Source: Promethearchaeota archaeon
GTDB taxonomy: Archaea > Asgardarchaeota > Heimdallarchaeia > Hodarchaeales > Hodarchaeaceae
Length of the DNA stretch: 64,000 nt
Reading direction: 5' to 3'
Assembly (NCBI GenBank): GCA_048938105.1
Contig: JBHLMN010000004.1
Location: forward strand, 32,001 to 96,000
In this document: positions 1-10,816 of the stretch, piece after piece
Layout: every line of letters starts with the position of its first letter
How positions within the stretch are numbered: position 1 is the stretch's first letter
Program-made: the position numbers and the translations under genes
Notes under the pieces: model-generated
What the model was told of the DNA's origin: nothing
What the model saw: the letters and a program-made list of their open reading frames with translations, nothing else
Database searches by the model: none

Positions 1-2872
1 TATAGGTGAAATTGATCTTTATGGGGTTTTTGTGACCGGAACTTATGCTTATCTTGCATATAGTCATATGGGCTTATATATTCTTAATATTGCCAATTGG
101 CAGGTTAATCCTCAAAATAAAACTAATGAGCTTCCCCCAAGGTTGCTAGGGAGTGTTGATATAGGCTCACCTGGAATTGCCACGAAAGTTTTTGTTTCGG
201 GAGATATTGCATATATTGCTGCACAGACTGAGGGGCTAAAGATCGTTAATGTCAGTGACCCCACTAATCCCTTTGTTATTACTTCTTATGATACTCCAGG
301 CGTTGCTGTGGATGTATTTGTGCAAGGAGATTGTGCGTTTGTAGCGGATGGTCCATATGGTCTCTATGTAATTGATATAAGCGTTCCCAGTAATCCCACA
401 TTAATTGGATCTTATGATACCTCTGGTGAGGCGAATTCAGTTATTGTGGAGGGGGACTATGCCTATGTAGCTGATAAAGGGGGTGGTTTACAGATCATCG
501 AGGTAAGTCAAAATCTTGGACAAAAATTCAAATCTTTCGCCAGTGCCCAATCTACATTAGTTCATGATAGTGGTTCATCCCAGTTATTTAGTACCGCAAC
601 ATTAAATCCGTTTGATTACGTGCCTTCAGGAACATCGATTACTTATGAACTCTCCCCTGATAATGGGGTGCATTGGGAACAGGTTACTCCTGGAGTTGAG
701 CATATATTTTCTAATGAGGGGCATCAATTACTATGGAGGGCAAATTTAACCACAACAGATGATTTGACAACTCCAGTAATCTTTGATATTAGAATAGACT
801 ATGATACTAATCTTATGCAACCATCATTAATATCCCCTGCAGATGCATTCACATATGATAATAATACTCCCAGTTTCGAGTGGGGATTTGTTACCAATGC
901 AACTAGTTATCTTTTTCAGCTTGATACATCTACAAATTTTAATACACTAAATCTCATTAACGAAACAGTTACTGGTCTTGCTTATACCCATAGTTCTCCC
1001 TTAACAGAAGATACATGGTATTGGCGTGTTGCGGGGATTGATTCAACTGATGACTTAGGAGATTTTTCTGAAATTCATTCATTTCAAATTATACTAGCTC
1101 CTCCCCAGCTAGGATCTCCTAAAGATTTCTCTTTGAATGCTGGTGAAAGGGTTTCCATCATCTGGGGTGTAATAGATAATTATCCATCAAATTATACCGT
1201 TTATCGTAATGGATCCATCCATCAACAAGGTGTTTGGACTTCTTCCGTACTAGTATGGCTAGATACATTAGAAGTGGGAGTTCACGAGTTCACTTGTGTT
1301 GTGGAAAACATTTTTGGTAAGACTGATTCTGATGATGTGATAATTACCATTCTACCAGCCCTGCCAGATACAACACCTCCCAACATTACAAGTCCTGAAA
1401 ATATTGTATTTGAAGAAGGTAGTATTGGTTATTCGATTATTTGGAAAGGTTCTGATGACCGTTCTCCTTGGTGGGTAAAAATTAGGAAAGATGGATCTCT
1501 GATAATTGATAAGGGCTGGTTGGGGGAAGATATTGAAGTTTCACTTGATGGACTAACTCAAGGGCTTTATGAGTACAATTGCACATTATTGGATCAAGAA
1601 GGAAACTCCGTTTCTGATATCGTGATGGTGAGTGTAACAGAAGCAGTTCCTGACACTGAACCACCAGAAATTGTACCCCCTAGCCCGATGGAATATGAAG
1701 AGGGTTCCATAAACCATTATCTGTACTGGATCTGTACTGATGACCATCCATTTGCTTATAGCATGATTATAAATGGTACAGAGATTGAATATGGGCCTTG
1801 GCATGGTGAGAATCTAAACCAAAGTGCTGATGGTCTAGATCGAGGTATATGGGAGTTTAAATTAATAATCTGGGATCTATCGCAACATAACGACACAGAG
1901 ACTGTGCTAGTTACAGTCGTTCCCGATACAACTCCTCCTGAAGTAAGCCAACCAGCTGATCTATTAATTGCAGAAAATATGTTCGGATCGATAATATGGG
2001 AAGTATTCGATGATAATCCATCAAATTATGAAATTGTGAGAAATCAAACGCTTACTGTATCATCTGGCCCATGGATGTCAGGCATTCTTCAATATTCCTT
2101 TACTTCATTACCAATAGGATCCTGGGAATTTACACTTACTGTTTGGGATCAATCAAATTTAGCTGCAACAAGTACTGTTAATGTTAAGGTCATTCCTCTG
2201 AGTTCTTATGATACCTCTCCTCCTTTAATCTCTCATCTTCCTGATAGACAGATAACTTTTGGTACAACAGGAAATATTCTGACATGTCACCTTTTTGATG
2301 ATCACCCTCAAATCTATCGAATCTATCTTGATGATGTGCAGGTATTAGAAACATTATGGACAATTCCAAATGTTGAAGTCGATTTTAGTTTAGATGGATT
2401 AAGTATTGGACAGTTTGAGTTTAAAATCGTTGCCTGGGACCTATTTGATAATTCAGCAACCCAATCTGCAACGATAACTATCTTAGGAGATATCACTTCT
2501 CCCACAATTTCTTCACCTCCTGATATTGTAGCTTCTGAGGGACACTATGATGATATTTCCTGGGAGGTTTATGATGAGACTCCTCATCGTTATGAGATAA
2601 TTTCACTCCCAGATGGAGATATCATCGAAGAAGGACCTTGGTCGAATAATCTTATTGAATTAGATGTGTCAAATTTCACTGAAGGCATCTATATGGTTCG
2701 TTGCATAGTTTATGATGCTTCAGGGAATTTTGCTTTTGATGATGTAAAAATTACTATTCGTACGAGTGAGTCTGCACCTAGTTTCAATTTTCTTATTGTT
2801 GTACCTGTTCTTTTCATCCTTATTATGATAAGGAGAGACTTTTTTGAGAATAAGAGGAGGCGAACTAAATGA
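1..2872 (+). CDS. Large cell-surface protein (LVIVD repeats, FN3-like domain, about 6 Ig-like repeats, C-terminal membrane anchor); 5'-truncated by the window edge
   Basis: Frame is open from base 2 (IGEIDLYGVFV...). LVIVD-type repeats (VFVSGDIAYIAA..GLKIVNVSDPTNP), FN3-like TWYWRVAGID, repeated DTTPP...W...D..P..Y units, tail SAPSF + hydrophobic helix + RR/KRRR. Confidence 0.8.
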   Translation, partial: IGEIDLYGVFVTGTYAYLAYSHMGLYILNIANWQVNPQNKTNELPPRLLGSVDIGSPGIATKVFVSGDIAYIAAQTEGLKIVNVSDPTNPFVITSYDTPGVAVDVFVQGDCAFVADGPYGLYVIDISVPSNPTLIGSYDTSGEANSVIVEGDYAYVADKGGGLQIIEVSQNLGQKFKSFASAQSTLVHDSGSSQLFSTATLNPFDYVPSGTSITYELSPDNGVHWEQVTPGVEHIFSNEGHQLLWRANLTTTDDLTTPVIFDIRIDYDTNLMQPSLISPADAFTYDNNTPSFEWGFVTNATSYLFQLDTSTNFNTLNLINETVTGLAYTHSSPLTEDTWYWRVAGIDSTDDLGDFSEIHSFQIILAPPQLGSPKDFSLNAGERVSIIWGVIDNYPSNYTVYRNGSIHQQGVWTSSVLVWLDTLEVGVHEFTCVVENIFGKTDSDDVIITILPALPDTTPPNITSPENIVFEEGSIGYSIIWKGSDDRSPWWVKIRKDGSLIIDKGWLGEDIEVSLDGLTQGLYEYNCTLLDQEGNSVSDIVMVSVTEAVPDTEPPEIVPPSPMEYEEGSINHYLYWICTDDHPFAYSMIINGTEIEYGPWHGENLNQSADGLDRGIWEFKLIIWDLSQHNDTETVLVTVVPDTTPPEVSQPADLLIAENMFGSIIWEVFDDNPSNYEIVRNQTLTVSSGPWMSGILQYSFTSLPIGSWEFTLTVWDQSNLAATSTVNVKVIPLSSYDTSPPLISHLPDRQITFGTTGNILTCHLFDDHPQIYRIYLDDVQVLETLWTIPNVEVDFSLDGLSIGQFEFKIVAWDLFDNSATQSATITILGDITSPTISSPPDIVASEGHYDDISWEVYDETPHRYEIISLPDGDIIEEGPWSNNLIELDVSNFTEGIYMVRCIVYDASGNFAFDDVKITIRTSESAPSFNFLIVVPVLFILIMIRRDFFENKRRRTK

Positions 2873-5800
2873 GAAGTCATATAAGACATTATAATCGAAA
2901 TTCCTATCGAATTCAGTTAATTTTAAGTTGCTTACTTTTATTGATCCTAATTTATTCTATTCCATCAGGTATTTCACAAAGATCCAAATTAGACTTAATT
3001 ACTACCTCAAAATTTGAAGAAATAACAAATGAGAGTTTTAATTATGAAAAAATGACTCAAAAAGCGTATAACTATCTGGAGAATCATTGGAATCCACAAA
3101 AGACAGCACAATCTTGGATATCTGATGATCTTCCAACAATGGAGGATGCTTTTAGATCAACATTTTTCGATAATATGCTTGAAAGTGCTATAAGTAATGA
3201 ACTACAAACTACTACCTCTTCTCAACCTAGAAGTCATATTTCGACTAAAATAACGCCCCTTAGTGAGGGGGGCGAAGTAGTCGAACATACACAAATCTCT
3301 GGGAAACCCAAAATAAGACTTGATGTGTTTAATCAGTCTATTCTAGATGATATTATAATTCCTGTGCGTTCAATCTCTGATATCAAGGTTTTCCAACCTG
3401 AATATACAACCGTTGAAAAAGAAGTGAAAATTGGATTTGAATTTGATCTCCCAAAAATTGATGAAGAAATAATCTTTAAGTTCTCAATATTCAGATTTCG
3501 AGCTTGGGCAAAGTTTGAATTCCGAGTACACTTTGTTTTTCCAGTGAAATTAAGGATTACATACCCTGTGGAAGTTATTGAAGGGTATCCTTATGATTTC
3601 ACCTGTCAAATGATTCCATGGAACCTCCCCAGCTATAATGAATTTGAATTCTTGCTTGATTTTGATTTTGGAGCAGCTGCTGAAATAAAAGTATTCGGGG
3701 CATGGAGAAAACTAGTTGGGAAGAGTTTAGCATTTAATTTTCATAAAGCTAAGACTTTTACAACTCCTCTCGGTAAAACACCCATGAAAATAGGATTACC
3801 TGATATCGACATTATCGAAAAATATATTGATTATTATTTGGAAGAAAATGAGGAAAATGTTTCTAAGAGAACAGGCAATGTTCTGAAGATTCTGAAAAAT
3901 GTTGTCGGAGCAGGTATTGGTTTAGGAACTATAAATTTTTATGGAGATATGGTTTCAGCGAAGCTAGGAGTATATACTGATATTAAAAAAATTGGGAAAA
4001 GGGGTGTTGCATGGACAAAAGCAGATGAAAAAAGAAGTTTTCGTTTCTCAATTGCACAAGCAACTGGGGAGGCTATTGCTAAATTCGTAAAATTTGAGAT
4101 AACAGATCTTCTCTATCATTTGAGAGTGACATGGAGACCAAATCTATTTTTTACTTTCAAGAATATTAAATACTTTGGAATTAAGGTTCCTTTGAAAGAT
4201 TGGCTAGGTGAATATCGTCTTCATCTTCCCGAAATCCCTATTGGAAAAATTTGGCTTATTCCCTCTTTATTTTCATATTCAACATCAGGATCATATACAA
4301 CAGCTTGGGATGCTTATGGTTTTTCAGCAACTTTCGAGGAACTTCCTCCATATGAAGGTCAGGGAATCCTATCTAATATTAGAGTTCATGATTATATGTA
4401 TAAAGTTAAGGTGAGAAATCTTGGAACTAGAACAGATTTAATTCGCCTTGAAGTTTTGAATCTACCTCCTGGATATAAAGTATTTACAAATAGTGACTCT
4501 AAATATTTTACTATAAGTCCAACTGCTAGAGAAATTGATGTGGTCATTTCCGCGCCTGATCGAATTAGTGTTCCACCTGGGCCATGGAAGCTTAGCTTCA
4601 AGGTCACTAGTATATCCCTAGAGATTCTTAAATACTCTACTCCCTCCATCTCATCTCAAGAATTCCAGATTGAGATTCCACATATTATAGATATGGATTT
4701 TGAATTGGATCATGATATGGCTAACATTTTCAATGTCACACGACAAAAATACAATTCAATTGCATTCTATGGTGGAAATGGAGGCAATTTAAACGATACA
4801 ATAATTGTTAATGCGTCTTTAATTACTGATAGAGGCAATCGAACCTTGTTGAGGAGTTTTAAATTAGATCCGTGGGCTTCAGGGCCAGGAGAACATTTTC
4901 AAGGCGAATTTGGTTTTTATTTTGACCTGAATAATCTTTATCCATCTCCAGGGTACTACTTATTTGAGATTCAAGCAAGAAGTGCGAGAGATCCTAATGT
5001 TCAAATAGAATATAAATTCTTTATGGATTTCCCTCAAGTACATAGTGTTATAGCGGAACTTACACCAAAGAATGTTACGATATTTGCAGATTGGGGTGCT
5101 ACATTTACATTACAAGTTAATAATACAGGTAATTATTGGGATAATTTCTCTCTCATATGCAATGCAGGTGATTTAGATGGATATCTTGATTTTCCTGATG
5201 AAATCTTGAATCTTGGATTTTTAGAAGTGGAAGAAGTGTCTATCGTCTTGGCTATCCCTGATCCTAGTATTATCCCTGCTATGGTTGCTAATATGCGAAT
5301 AATCACCCAGTCTCAGGGAAAACAATCAGTGTACGAGGCTGAATATGCTAATACCAAGATATTAGAAGCTGATGATGTACCCCCTGGTATTAACTATATT
5401 GAACCTATGTTTAGTTCAGATAATTTAACGTTACCACAATCATTATTAACTCTTGGACCCAGCTGGAAAGCTATAGATGAGTATCCTGGTCCTGGAGCTT
5501 ATACCATTTATATCGATGGGATTGTACCTGCAGAATCGTGGGCTACTGGTTCATGGAGTATGGATATTCCCGTTCAAGTTCCCATGACTGATATATACTC
5601 TCTTCCAATCGGTATTTATAACGTGACGATTGAATTCTCCGATGAGGCTGGAAATACTGCAACAGATCAAGTTTGGGTTAATATTACTTCTCCTGACAAT
5701 ACTTTACCAATCCTAACCCCAATAACCACTGGAATTTCTTTTCCAATTAATTTTGTAAATGAGAGATTAATCAGTTGGTATTGTGAGGAAGCTTATCCTT

Positions 5801-7536
5801 TAAATTTAATAGCGCTTTTAGATGATATCGAAATCCCAGATTCAGATCTCTTTACTACTCAATATGATGTACATTCAAAAAGCTGGATAACAAGTTGTAT
5901 TTTAAAGCCAGGGACTTTACCTGTTGGTACATATAATTTTACTGTTATCCTTCAAGATATGGGTGACAATATCGTTATTTCAAGTATTTTTGTTGATATT
6001 ACTACCTCAGATAATGAGGTTCCAATAATGATTGGAACTACTCCGTTATCCGTTGCAATACATGGTCAAGATGAAACTGTTTCAATTAATTTCACTGATG
6101 ATAATCCTGATAATTATGAATTCTGGATAAATTCAATACTAGAGGATTCAGGACATTGGGAAGCTGGTGTTGCCCTAAGCTATGAAGCAGAGTCGCTAAG
6201 CTCAAATGTTGGAGAGAATAATTTTACTTTTGTAGTTTATGACCTTGCTGGTCACCAAACTACACATCAATGGACATTTACTTGGAGAGATCTCGACCCC
6301 CCCACAGTTCTTATTACTCCAACAGACTCAACTTTTTATGAGCATAATATTACTCAAGCAATGGCCCCATATTGGATGTTAGAAGACTATGATATACGAC
6401 CTGGCAGTTATAAAATTTATAAGAATAATATAGTGGTAGAAGAAGGAATATGGAATCGAGGTAATGGAACTATCTTCATTCCAACTGTAAATATTACCCC
6501 TGGTATATATGAATTCCACGCTGAATTTCGTGATGCTACAGGTAATCTATTCCCAAGTCCTAGTGTGACATTAAGCATCCTAGATATTTTAGATCCTTTT
6601 ATTTTACCTATAGAATCAATTGATTATGAACCTCCTTTTGCTCCTAGTTGGTTTGAATTCATTGTTGTGGAATCATATTTGAGTAATTATCAGCTTTATA
6701 TAAATGATATTATGGTTCAAGAGGATACTATATCATCAGATTTTCCCATTCTCTTTATAAATCTTGAAGAAACCTTACCAGGTGATTACAACTATACTTT
6801 AATTGTAACAGATGAATCAGGAAATATTGGAAAAGAATCTGTATCTGTTCAAATGCATGATTATACTCCACCTTTGATAAGAATCCCAGCTAATATAATT
6901 TATTCAGAAGGTACAACAGGACATGCAATTTTGTGGGAGATTATAGAAGCTAATCCACTTAACTATTCAGTATATTGTAATGGAGCCCTCATTACTTCTG
7001 GAACTGATCTCTCATTAAATTTCACTCTCTCCGTGGATGGGTTAACATTAGGAAGTTATGAGTATGTAATCCTAGTATATGATGAATCAGGTATGTCTCA
7101 TACCAGCTCTTGTTATGTGACGGTTGTAGATGTTACAAAACCTGCCCTAATACACGTTGGTGATTGTAGGTTCGTTTCAGGAGACGAAAACGCGGAAATT
7201 ATCTGGCGAGTGGATGACCCTCACCCAGAGTCCTATACCATCTTCCTCGATGGGGAAACACTTCTTGAAGAAACATGGAATGGAAACGATATCACACTAA
7301 GCTTAATAGGATGGTCTCCAAACAACTACACACTTCGCTTACAAGTCTTTGATACATCAGGTAACCATGCAAATGACGAGATTAAAGTTGAAATAATTGA
7401 ATTTGAAAATGAAGAAGAATATGTGGAAATAGCTACAGCCTTTTCTTTGCCTTTTGTATTGATATGCTTGATGGTCCTTAGGGTGATTAATAAGAGCAGA
7501 AATAGAGAGGATAGAATAAAAAAATTATATGATTGA
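2869..7536 (+). CDS. 1555-aa cell-surface protein with signal/TM segment, uncharacterised beta-rich N-terminal region, about 7 Ig-like repeats and C-terminal anchor
   Basis: ATGA overlap with the upstream stop. Hydrophobic N-terminal segment, repeats ending G.YN.TI...D..GN, many N-x-S/T sequons, C-terminal helix followed by basic residues. Confidence 0.75.
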   Translation: MRSHIRHYNRNSYRIQLILSCLLLLILIYSIPSGISQRSKLDLITTSKFEEITNESFNYEKMTQKAYNYLENHWNPQKTAQSWISDDLPTMEDAFRSTFFDNMLESAISNELQTTTSSQPRSHISTKITPLSEGGEVVEHTQISGKPKIRLDVFNQSILDDIIIPVRSISDIKVFQPEYTTVEKEVKIGFEFDLPKIDEEIIFKFSIFRFRAWAKFEFRVHFVFPVKLRITYPVEVIEGYPYDFTCQMIPWNLPSYNEFEFLLDFDFGAAAEIKVFGAWRKLVGKSLAFNFHKAKTFTTPLGKTPMKIGLPDIDIIEKYIDYYLEENEENVSKRTGNVLKILKNVVGAGIGLGTINFYGDMVSAKLGVYTDIKKIGKRGVAWTKADEKRSFRFSIAQATGEAIAKFVKFEITDLLYHLRVTWRPNLFFTFKNIKYFGIKVPLKDWLGEYRLHLPEIPIGKIWLIPSLFSYSTSGSYTTAWDAYGFSATFEELPPYEGQGILSNIRVHDYMYKVKVRNLGTRTDLIRLEVLNLPPGYKVFTNSDSKYFTISPTAREIDVVISAPDRISVPPGPWKLSFKVTSISLEILKYSTPSISSQEFQIEIPHIIDMDFELDHDMANIFNVTRQKYNSIAFYGGNGGNLNDTIIVNASLITDRGNRTLLRSFKLDPWASGPGEHFQGEFGFYFDLNNLYPSPGYYLFEIQARSARDPNVQIEYKFFMDFPQVHSVIAELTPKNVTIFADWGATFTLQVNNTGNYWDNFSLICNAGDLDGYLDFPDEILNLGFLEVEEVSIVLAIPDPSIIPAMVANMRIITQSQGKQSVYEAEYANTKILEADDVPPGINYIEPMFSSDNLTLPQSLLTLGPSWKAIDEYPGPGAYTIYIDGIVPAESWATGSWSMDIPVQVPMTDIYSLPIGIYNVTIEFSDEAGNTATDQVWVNITSPDNTLPILTPITTGISFPINFVNERLISWYCEEAYPLNLIALLDDIEIPDSDLFTTQYDVHSKSWITSCILKPGTLPVGTYNFTVILQDMGDNIVISSIFVDITTSDNEVPIMIGTTPLSVAIHGQDETVSINFTDDNPDNYEFWINSILEDSGHWEAGVALSYEAESLSSNVGENNFTFVVYDLAGHQTTHQWTFTWRDLDPPTVLITPTDSTFYEHNITQAMAPYWMLEDYDIRPGSYKIYKNNIVVEEGIWNRGNGTIFIPTVNITPGIYEFHAEFRDATGNLFPSPSVTLSILDILDPFILPIESIDYEPPFAPSWFEFIVVESYLSNYQLYINDIMVQEDTISSDFPILFINLEETLPGDYNYTLIVTDESGNIGKESVSVQMHDYTPPLIRIPANIIYSEGTTGHAILWEIIEANPLNYSVYCNGALITSGTDLSLNFTLSVDGLTLGSYEYVILVYDESGMSHTSSCYVTVVDVTKPALIHVGDCRFVSGDENAEIIWRVDDPHPESYTIFLDGETLLEETWNGNDITLSLIGWSPNNYTLRLQVFDTSGNHANDEIKVEIIEFENEEEYVEIATAFSLPFVLICLMVLRVINKSRNREDRIKKLYD

Positions 7537-7576
7537 AACTTAACTTAAAAAATCAGCTGGGAGAGATAAATCTCAG

Positions 7577-8196
7577 TTAGCCTTTCTTTCTGATGAAACA
7601 AACAACAATTAATGTCGTAATGACTAGGAAAATAACAATGGAAGGAGATACTTGTTGTTCAGTAGTTGTTGTTTCACTGCTTGATGTTTGCTGTGGATTT
7701 GAAGAGGCTGGATTGAGACCGATATTCACTTCATAACCGTCAGATAAGCCATCACCATCAGTATCCCAAACTATTGGTTTAGTGTTGTAATTATGGACTT
7801 CTTGATTGTCTGACAAGCTATCAGTATCAGTATCAGGCACTGCTTGGAGAGTTCCTAAATTATATTCCTCACCATTAGTTAATCCATCTCTATCAAAATC
7901 CTCGCTGGTATCATTGAAGATGTTCATTCTAGCGCATAAAGATAATATTCACTACAAAATATGATGTCCAGAATATCTTAACCAGTGATTTCAACAAGAG
8001 CTGGAGAATACATAATTCGGCCATCTGCAGTATAATTCCATAATCTAAACGTTATCGGAATAATGGGAGGTATTGGAATAATGGGAAAGGCTTCAATTTG
8101 AGATGTGAATAGAAATAAATTTAAGAAAAGTATCAAGGATAATAGACTTCTTTTAGAATTCAAACCAAGAACCCTAACTTGTTTCATAGATTTCAC
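7577..8196 (-). pseudogene. Decayed secreted FG-GAP/beta-propeller plus Ca-binding (DxDxDG) repeat surface protein
   Basis: 72-aa ORF (signal peptide + SPALVEITG) continues past the TAA at 7978-7980 as DILDIIFCSEYYLYALE, completing an FG-GAP-like repeat. A different frame then gives DFDRDGLTNGEE/DTDGDGLSDGYE repeats and a TM-RKK tail (7577-7927). Confidence 0.7.
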
Positions 8197-8335
8197 CCAT
8201 TAAAATTGTCCTAAGTGTATTTAATAAAAACTTCAATAATAATTTAAATTCAGTTAATCTTTCACTATTTTGGATGTTATTAGATTTATCAGATAAAATA
8301 TTCAAGAAAAGACCTTTTTCAGGGATTGAAAGAGA

Positions 8336-9028
8336 ATGATCATTGAAGATAGGAATTTACGTAATAAATACTACATATTTGACTCTAGAAGGCGCGCGGG
8401 GTTTTTACTTGGGCCATATATTGCTTTAGAAGACTTTGATATCCTTTACATAATTCCTAATGGAGGAGTTCCTATTGGATTAGGCTTACTCGAATTTCCT
8501 CTGGTTTCACCCCTGAAAGTGTTTGACCTTTTAATTGTACGAAAAATACAGATTCCAGGAAGCACCGAGGCGGGAATGGGTGCAATTACTCCTGATGGCC
8601 AAATTTTTCTAAATGAACAACTTGTCTCTCGATTGTCAGTAACAAACTATCAGCTAGAACAACAGATTGAAAGGGCAAAACAACAGGTGGAAAAACGGAG
8701 ACGGAGTTTTCAGCTACCCCCCTCGCCAAAAGTGTATGGTAAGAAAGTCTTAATCACTGACGATGGGATCGCTTCTGGTTTCTCAATGTTAGCAGGAGCA
8801 AAATGGTTGAAGAAACTTGGTGCTGAAGCTGTATTAATTGCTGTACCAACAGCACCAATGAGCTCGATAAATCATTTAGAACCACATGCAGACAAGATAA
8901 TTTGTTTAAACATCCGAGATCGCTATCCTTTCGCTGTGGCTGATGCATACAAAGATTGGTATGATTTAACTATGTCAGAGGTTAAAAAATATATTGATGA
9001 GATAAGAATGCTTCAAAAAGTAAGTTAA
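8336..9028 (+). CDS. Type I phosphoribosyltransferase family protein
   Basis: PRPP-binding motif VLITDDGIASG, plus IPNGGVP and VRKI..P...EAGMGAI. Confidence 0.85.
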   Translation: MIIEDRNLRNKYYIFDSRRRAGFLLGPYIALEDFDILYIIPNGGVPIGLGLLEFPLVSPLKVFDLLIVRKIQIPGSTEAGMGAITPDGQIFLNEQLVSRLSVTNYQLEQQIERAKQQVEKRRRSFQLPPSPKVYGKKVLITDDGIASGFSMLAGAKWLKKLGAEAVLIAVPTAPMSSINHLEPHADKIICLNIRDRYPFAVADAYKDWYDLTMSEVKKYIDEIRMLQKVS

Positions 9029-9173
9029 CTAGAGTGATAAGAGTTTAGATATTGAAGCAAACAGCCTATTATTAACAAACAATATTGATGTCTTAATTCT
9101 ACTACAAACTCTTTTAAACTTCTCATTAGAATTTTATTCTTTGTTATTTAAACTTACATAGGAGAATTATAAA

Positions 9174-10007
9174 ATGGGATATATTACTTTTCTACCAGGT
9201 TTACCTTTGGTATGGAATTTTATCCTCGGAGCAATCGTTGCTATGATTTATATACAAGGAATTATTATGCTTATGGAAAGATTGGTTAATGGTGGAACAT
9301 TGTCATCAGATCTCTCACGAAAAGTCATCCATATTGCAGCTGGTTCTTTCATTTGGATTTGGTTGTTCATGGATACCTCGGATAAACTTACGTATATGTT
9401 AAACATTGTAGTACCGTTATTATTCTTTCTAACCTTCCTTCTCAAAGGCACTAGAGGTTCTCCAGATGATAAAGATGTTAAAACGATGACACGAACTGGA
9501 AATCCTCGTGAGTTACTCAAGGGACCGCTTTATTTCACTATTGTCATGATGGTAGCAGGTACAATTCTGTATGGAACCTATGCAGGTATGTTGATGATGG
9601 CCATCGTGGGGTGGGGTGACGGTATTGCTCCATACATTGGGCAAAGGTGGGGAAAGCGTAATTATAAGACCCTTGGCCGTGAGAAAACTCTTGAGGGTTC
9701 TGTTGGTGTCTTATTATTTAGTATTTTAGGTTGTTTAGTCTTTTATGTCCTTCTTGGGATCATTGGTGACTTAGACTTTGGTACTGATATAATTCTTGCT
9801 AATCCAGGTGATAATGTGGATTTAACAATAATCCTTGTTGTAATTGTAATCCTCGGTGTGGTTGCAATGATTATAGAAGCACTTTCGCCTTCCGATCTAG
9901 ATAATTTGTTGATCCCTGCCTCTACTTTGATCACATTATTCATCATCGACATTCTATTAGGGAATCCTTTAACAGGTTTTCTTCAAATCCTCCCTTTTAG
10001 TGTTTAA
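9174..10007 (+). CDS. Phytol/farnesol/dolichol kinase family CTP-dependent polyprenol kinase (integral membrane)
   Basis: Multi-TM protein with RKVIHI, GWGDGIA, KTLEGS and DN motifs. Confidence 0.8.
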   Translation: MGYITFLPGLPLVWNFILGAIVAMIYIQGIIMLMERLVNGGTLSSDLSRKVIHIAAGSFIWIWLFMDTSDKLTYMLNIVVPLLFFLTFLLKGTRGSPDDKDVKTMTRTGNPRELLKGPLYFTIVMMVAGTILYGTYAGMLMMAIVGWGDGIAPYIGQRWGKRNYKTLGREKTLEGSVGVLLFSILGCLVFYVLLGIIGDLDFGTDIILANPGDNVDLTIILVVIVILGVVAMIIEALSPSDLDNLLIPASTLITLFIIDILLGNPLTGFLQILPFSV

Positions 10008-10146
10008 TTTTAAAAAATAACAGGGGGTCTCATTCTATCTCTTTCTTTTATCCTAAATTAGTATAAAGGAATTATTTGTTTGAAATAAGGTTAGTAATAA
10101 TTAAATATTAGATCACTTTCAGTTTGAGATCTATTGATTATTATTG

Positions 10147-10398
10147 TTAATTCTTTTTGATCAAGATGTGCCACATATTCTGTTCATTATGATCAATATT
10201 TTCAATTAGCTGCTGTTTAAGATTCGAGATCGCTATAAGGATTTCCTTTCGAGATATTTCCTCCTTTCTTGTGCCAACGAATTTGATGATTTGGCCTTTT
10301 ATGGCATTTTTTATTGCTCTACGAGCCTTAATTAATGGAATTGGACAAGTTAAGCCTGTTACATCAATAATAAAATCAGGTTCTTCTTCATTATTCAT
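10147..10398 (-). CDS. tusA: TusA/SirA-family sulfur carrier
   Basis: 83 aa with IDVTGLTCPIP; directly downstream of iscU. Confidence 0.85.
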   Translation of the reverse strand: MNNEEEPDFIIDVTGLTCPIPLIKARRAIKNAIKGQIIKFVGTRKEEISRKEILIAISNLKQQLIENIDHNEQNMWHILIKKN

Positions 10399-10407
10399 TG
10401 AATTCTC

Positions 10408-10815
10408 TTATCCCTCTAACTCTTCTATTGATCGTCCTTTCTTCTCAAGATAATTTATTATTGCTCTTTGAAGTGCATCCACAGCTAGATTCGAACAATG
10501 CATCTTTTGTTTTGGAAGGCCGCCTAAGTCATCAGCTACTTGTTTCTTTGTAATTCTATAAGCTTCTTTTAATGTTTTACCTTTGGCAATTTCTGTTGTG
10601 TGAGAACTTGTAGCTATAGCTGCGACACATCCGAAGGTTTTGACTTTAATATCTTCAATTACGTCAGTTTCATCATTAACCTTAATATAGATCCACATTA
10701 CATCTCCACATACGGGATTTCCTATTTTCCCAAGTCCGCTGGGGTTCTCAATTTCTCCCATGTTCTTAGGATTCATAAATAATTTCATTACTTCTTCAGA
10801 ATATATATGAGCCAT
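10408..10815 (-). CDS. iscU: Fe-S cluster scaffold IscU/NifU-like (start moved to ATG 10815)
   Basis: YSEEVM..F.NPKN, GNPVCGDVM, FGCVAAIA, KMHCSNLA. The longer 10863 start would overlap iscS. Confidence 0.93.
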   Translation of the reverse strand: MAHIYSEEVMKLFMNPKNMGEIENPSGLGKIGNPVCGDVMWIYIKVNDETDVIEDIKVKTFGCVAAIATSSHTTEIAKGKTLKEAYRITKKQVADDLGGLPKQKMHCSNLAVDALQRAIINYLEKKGRSIEELEG

Positions 10816-10816
10816 A

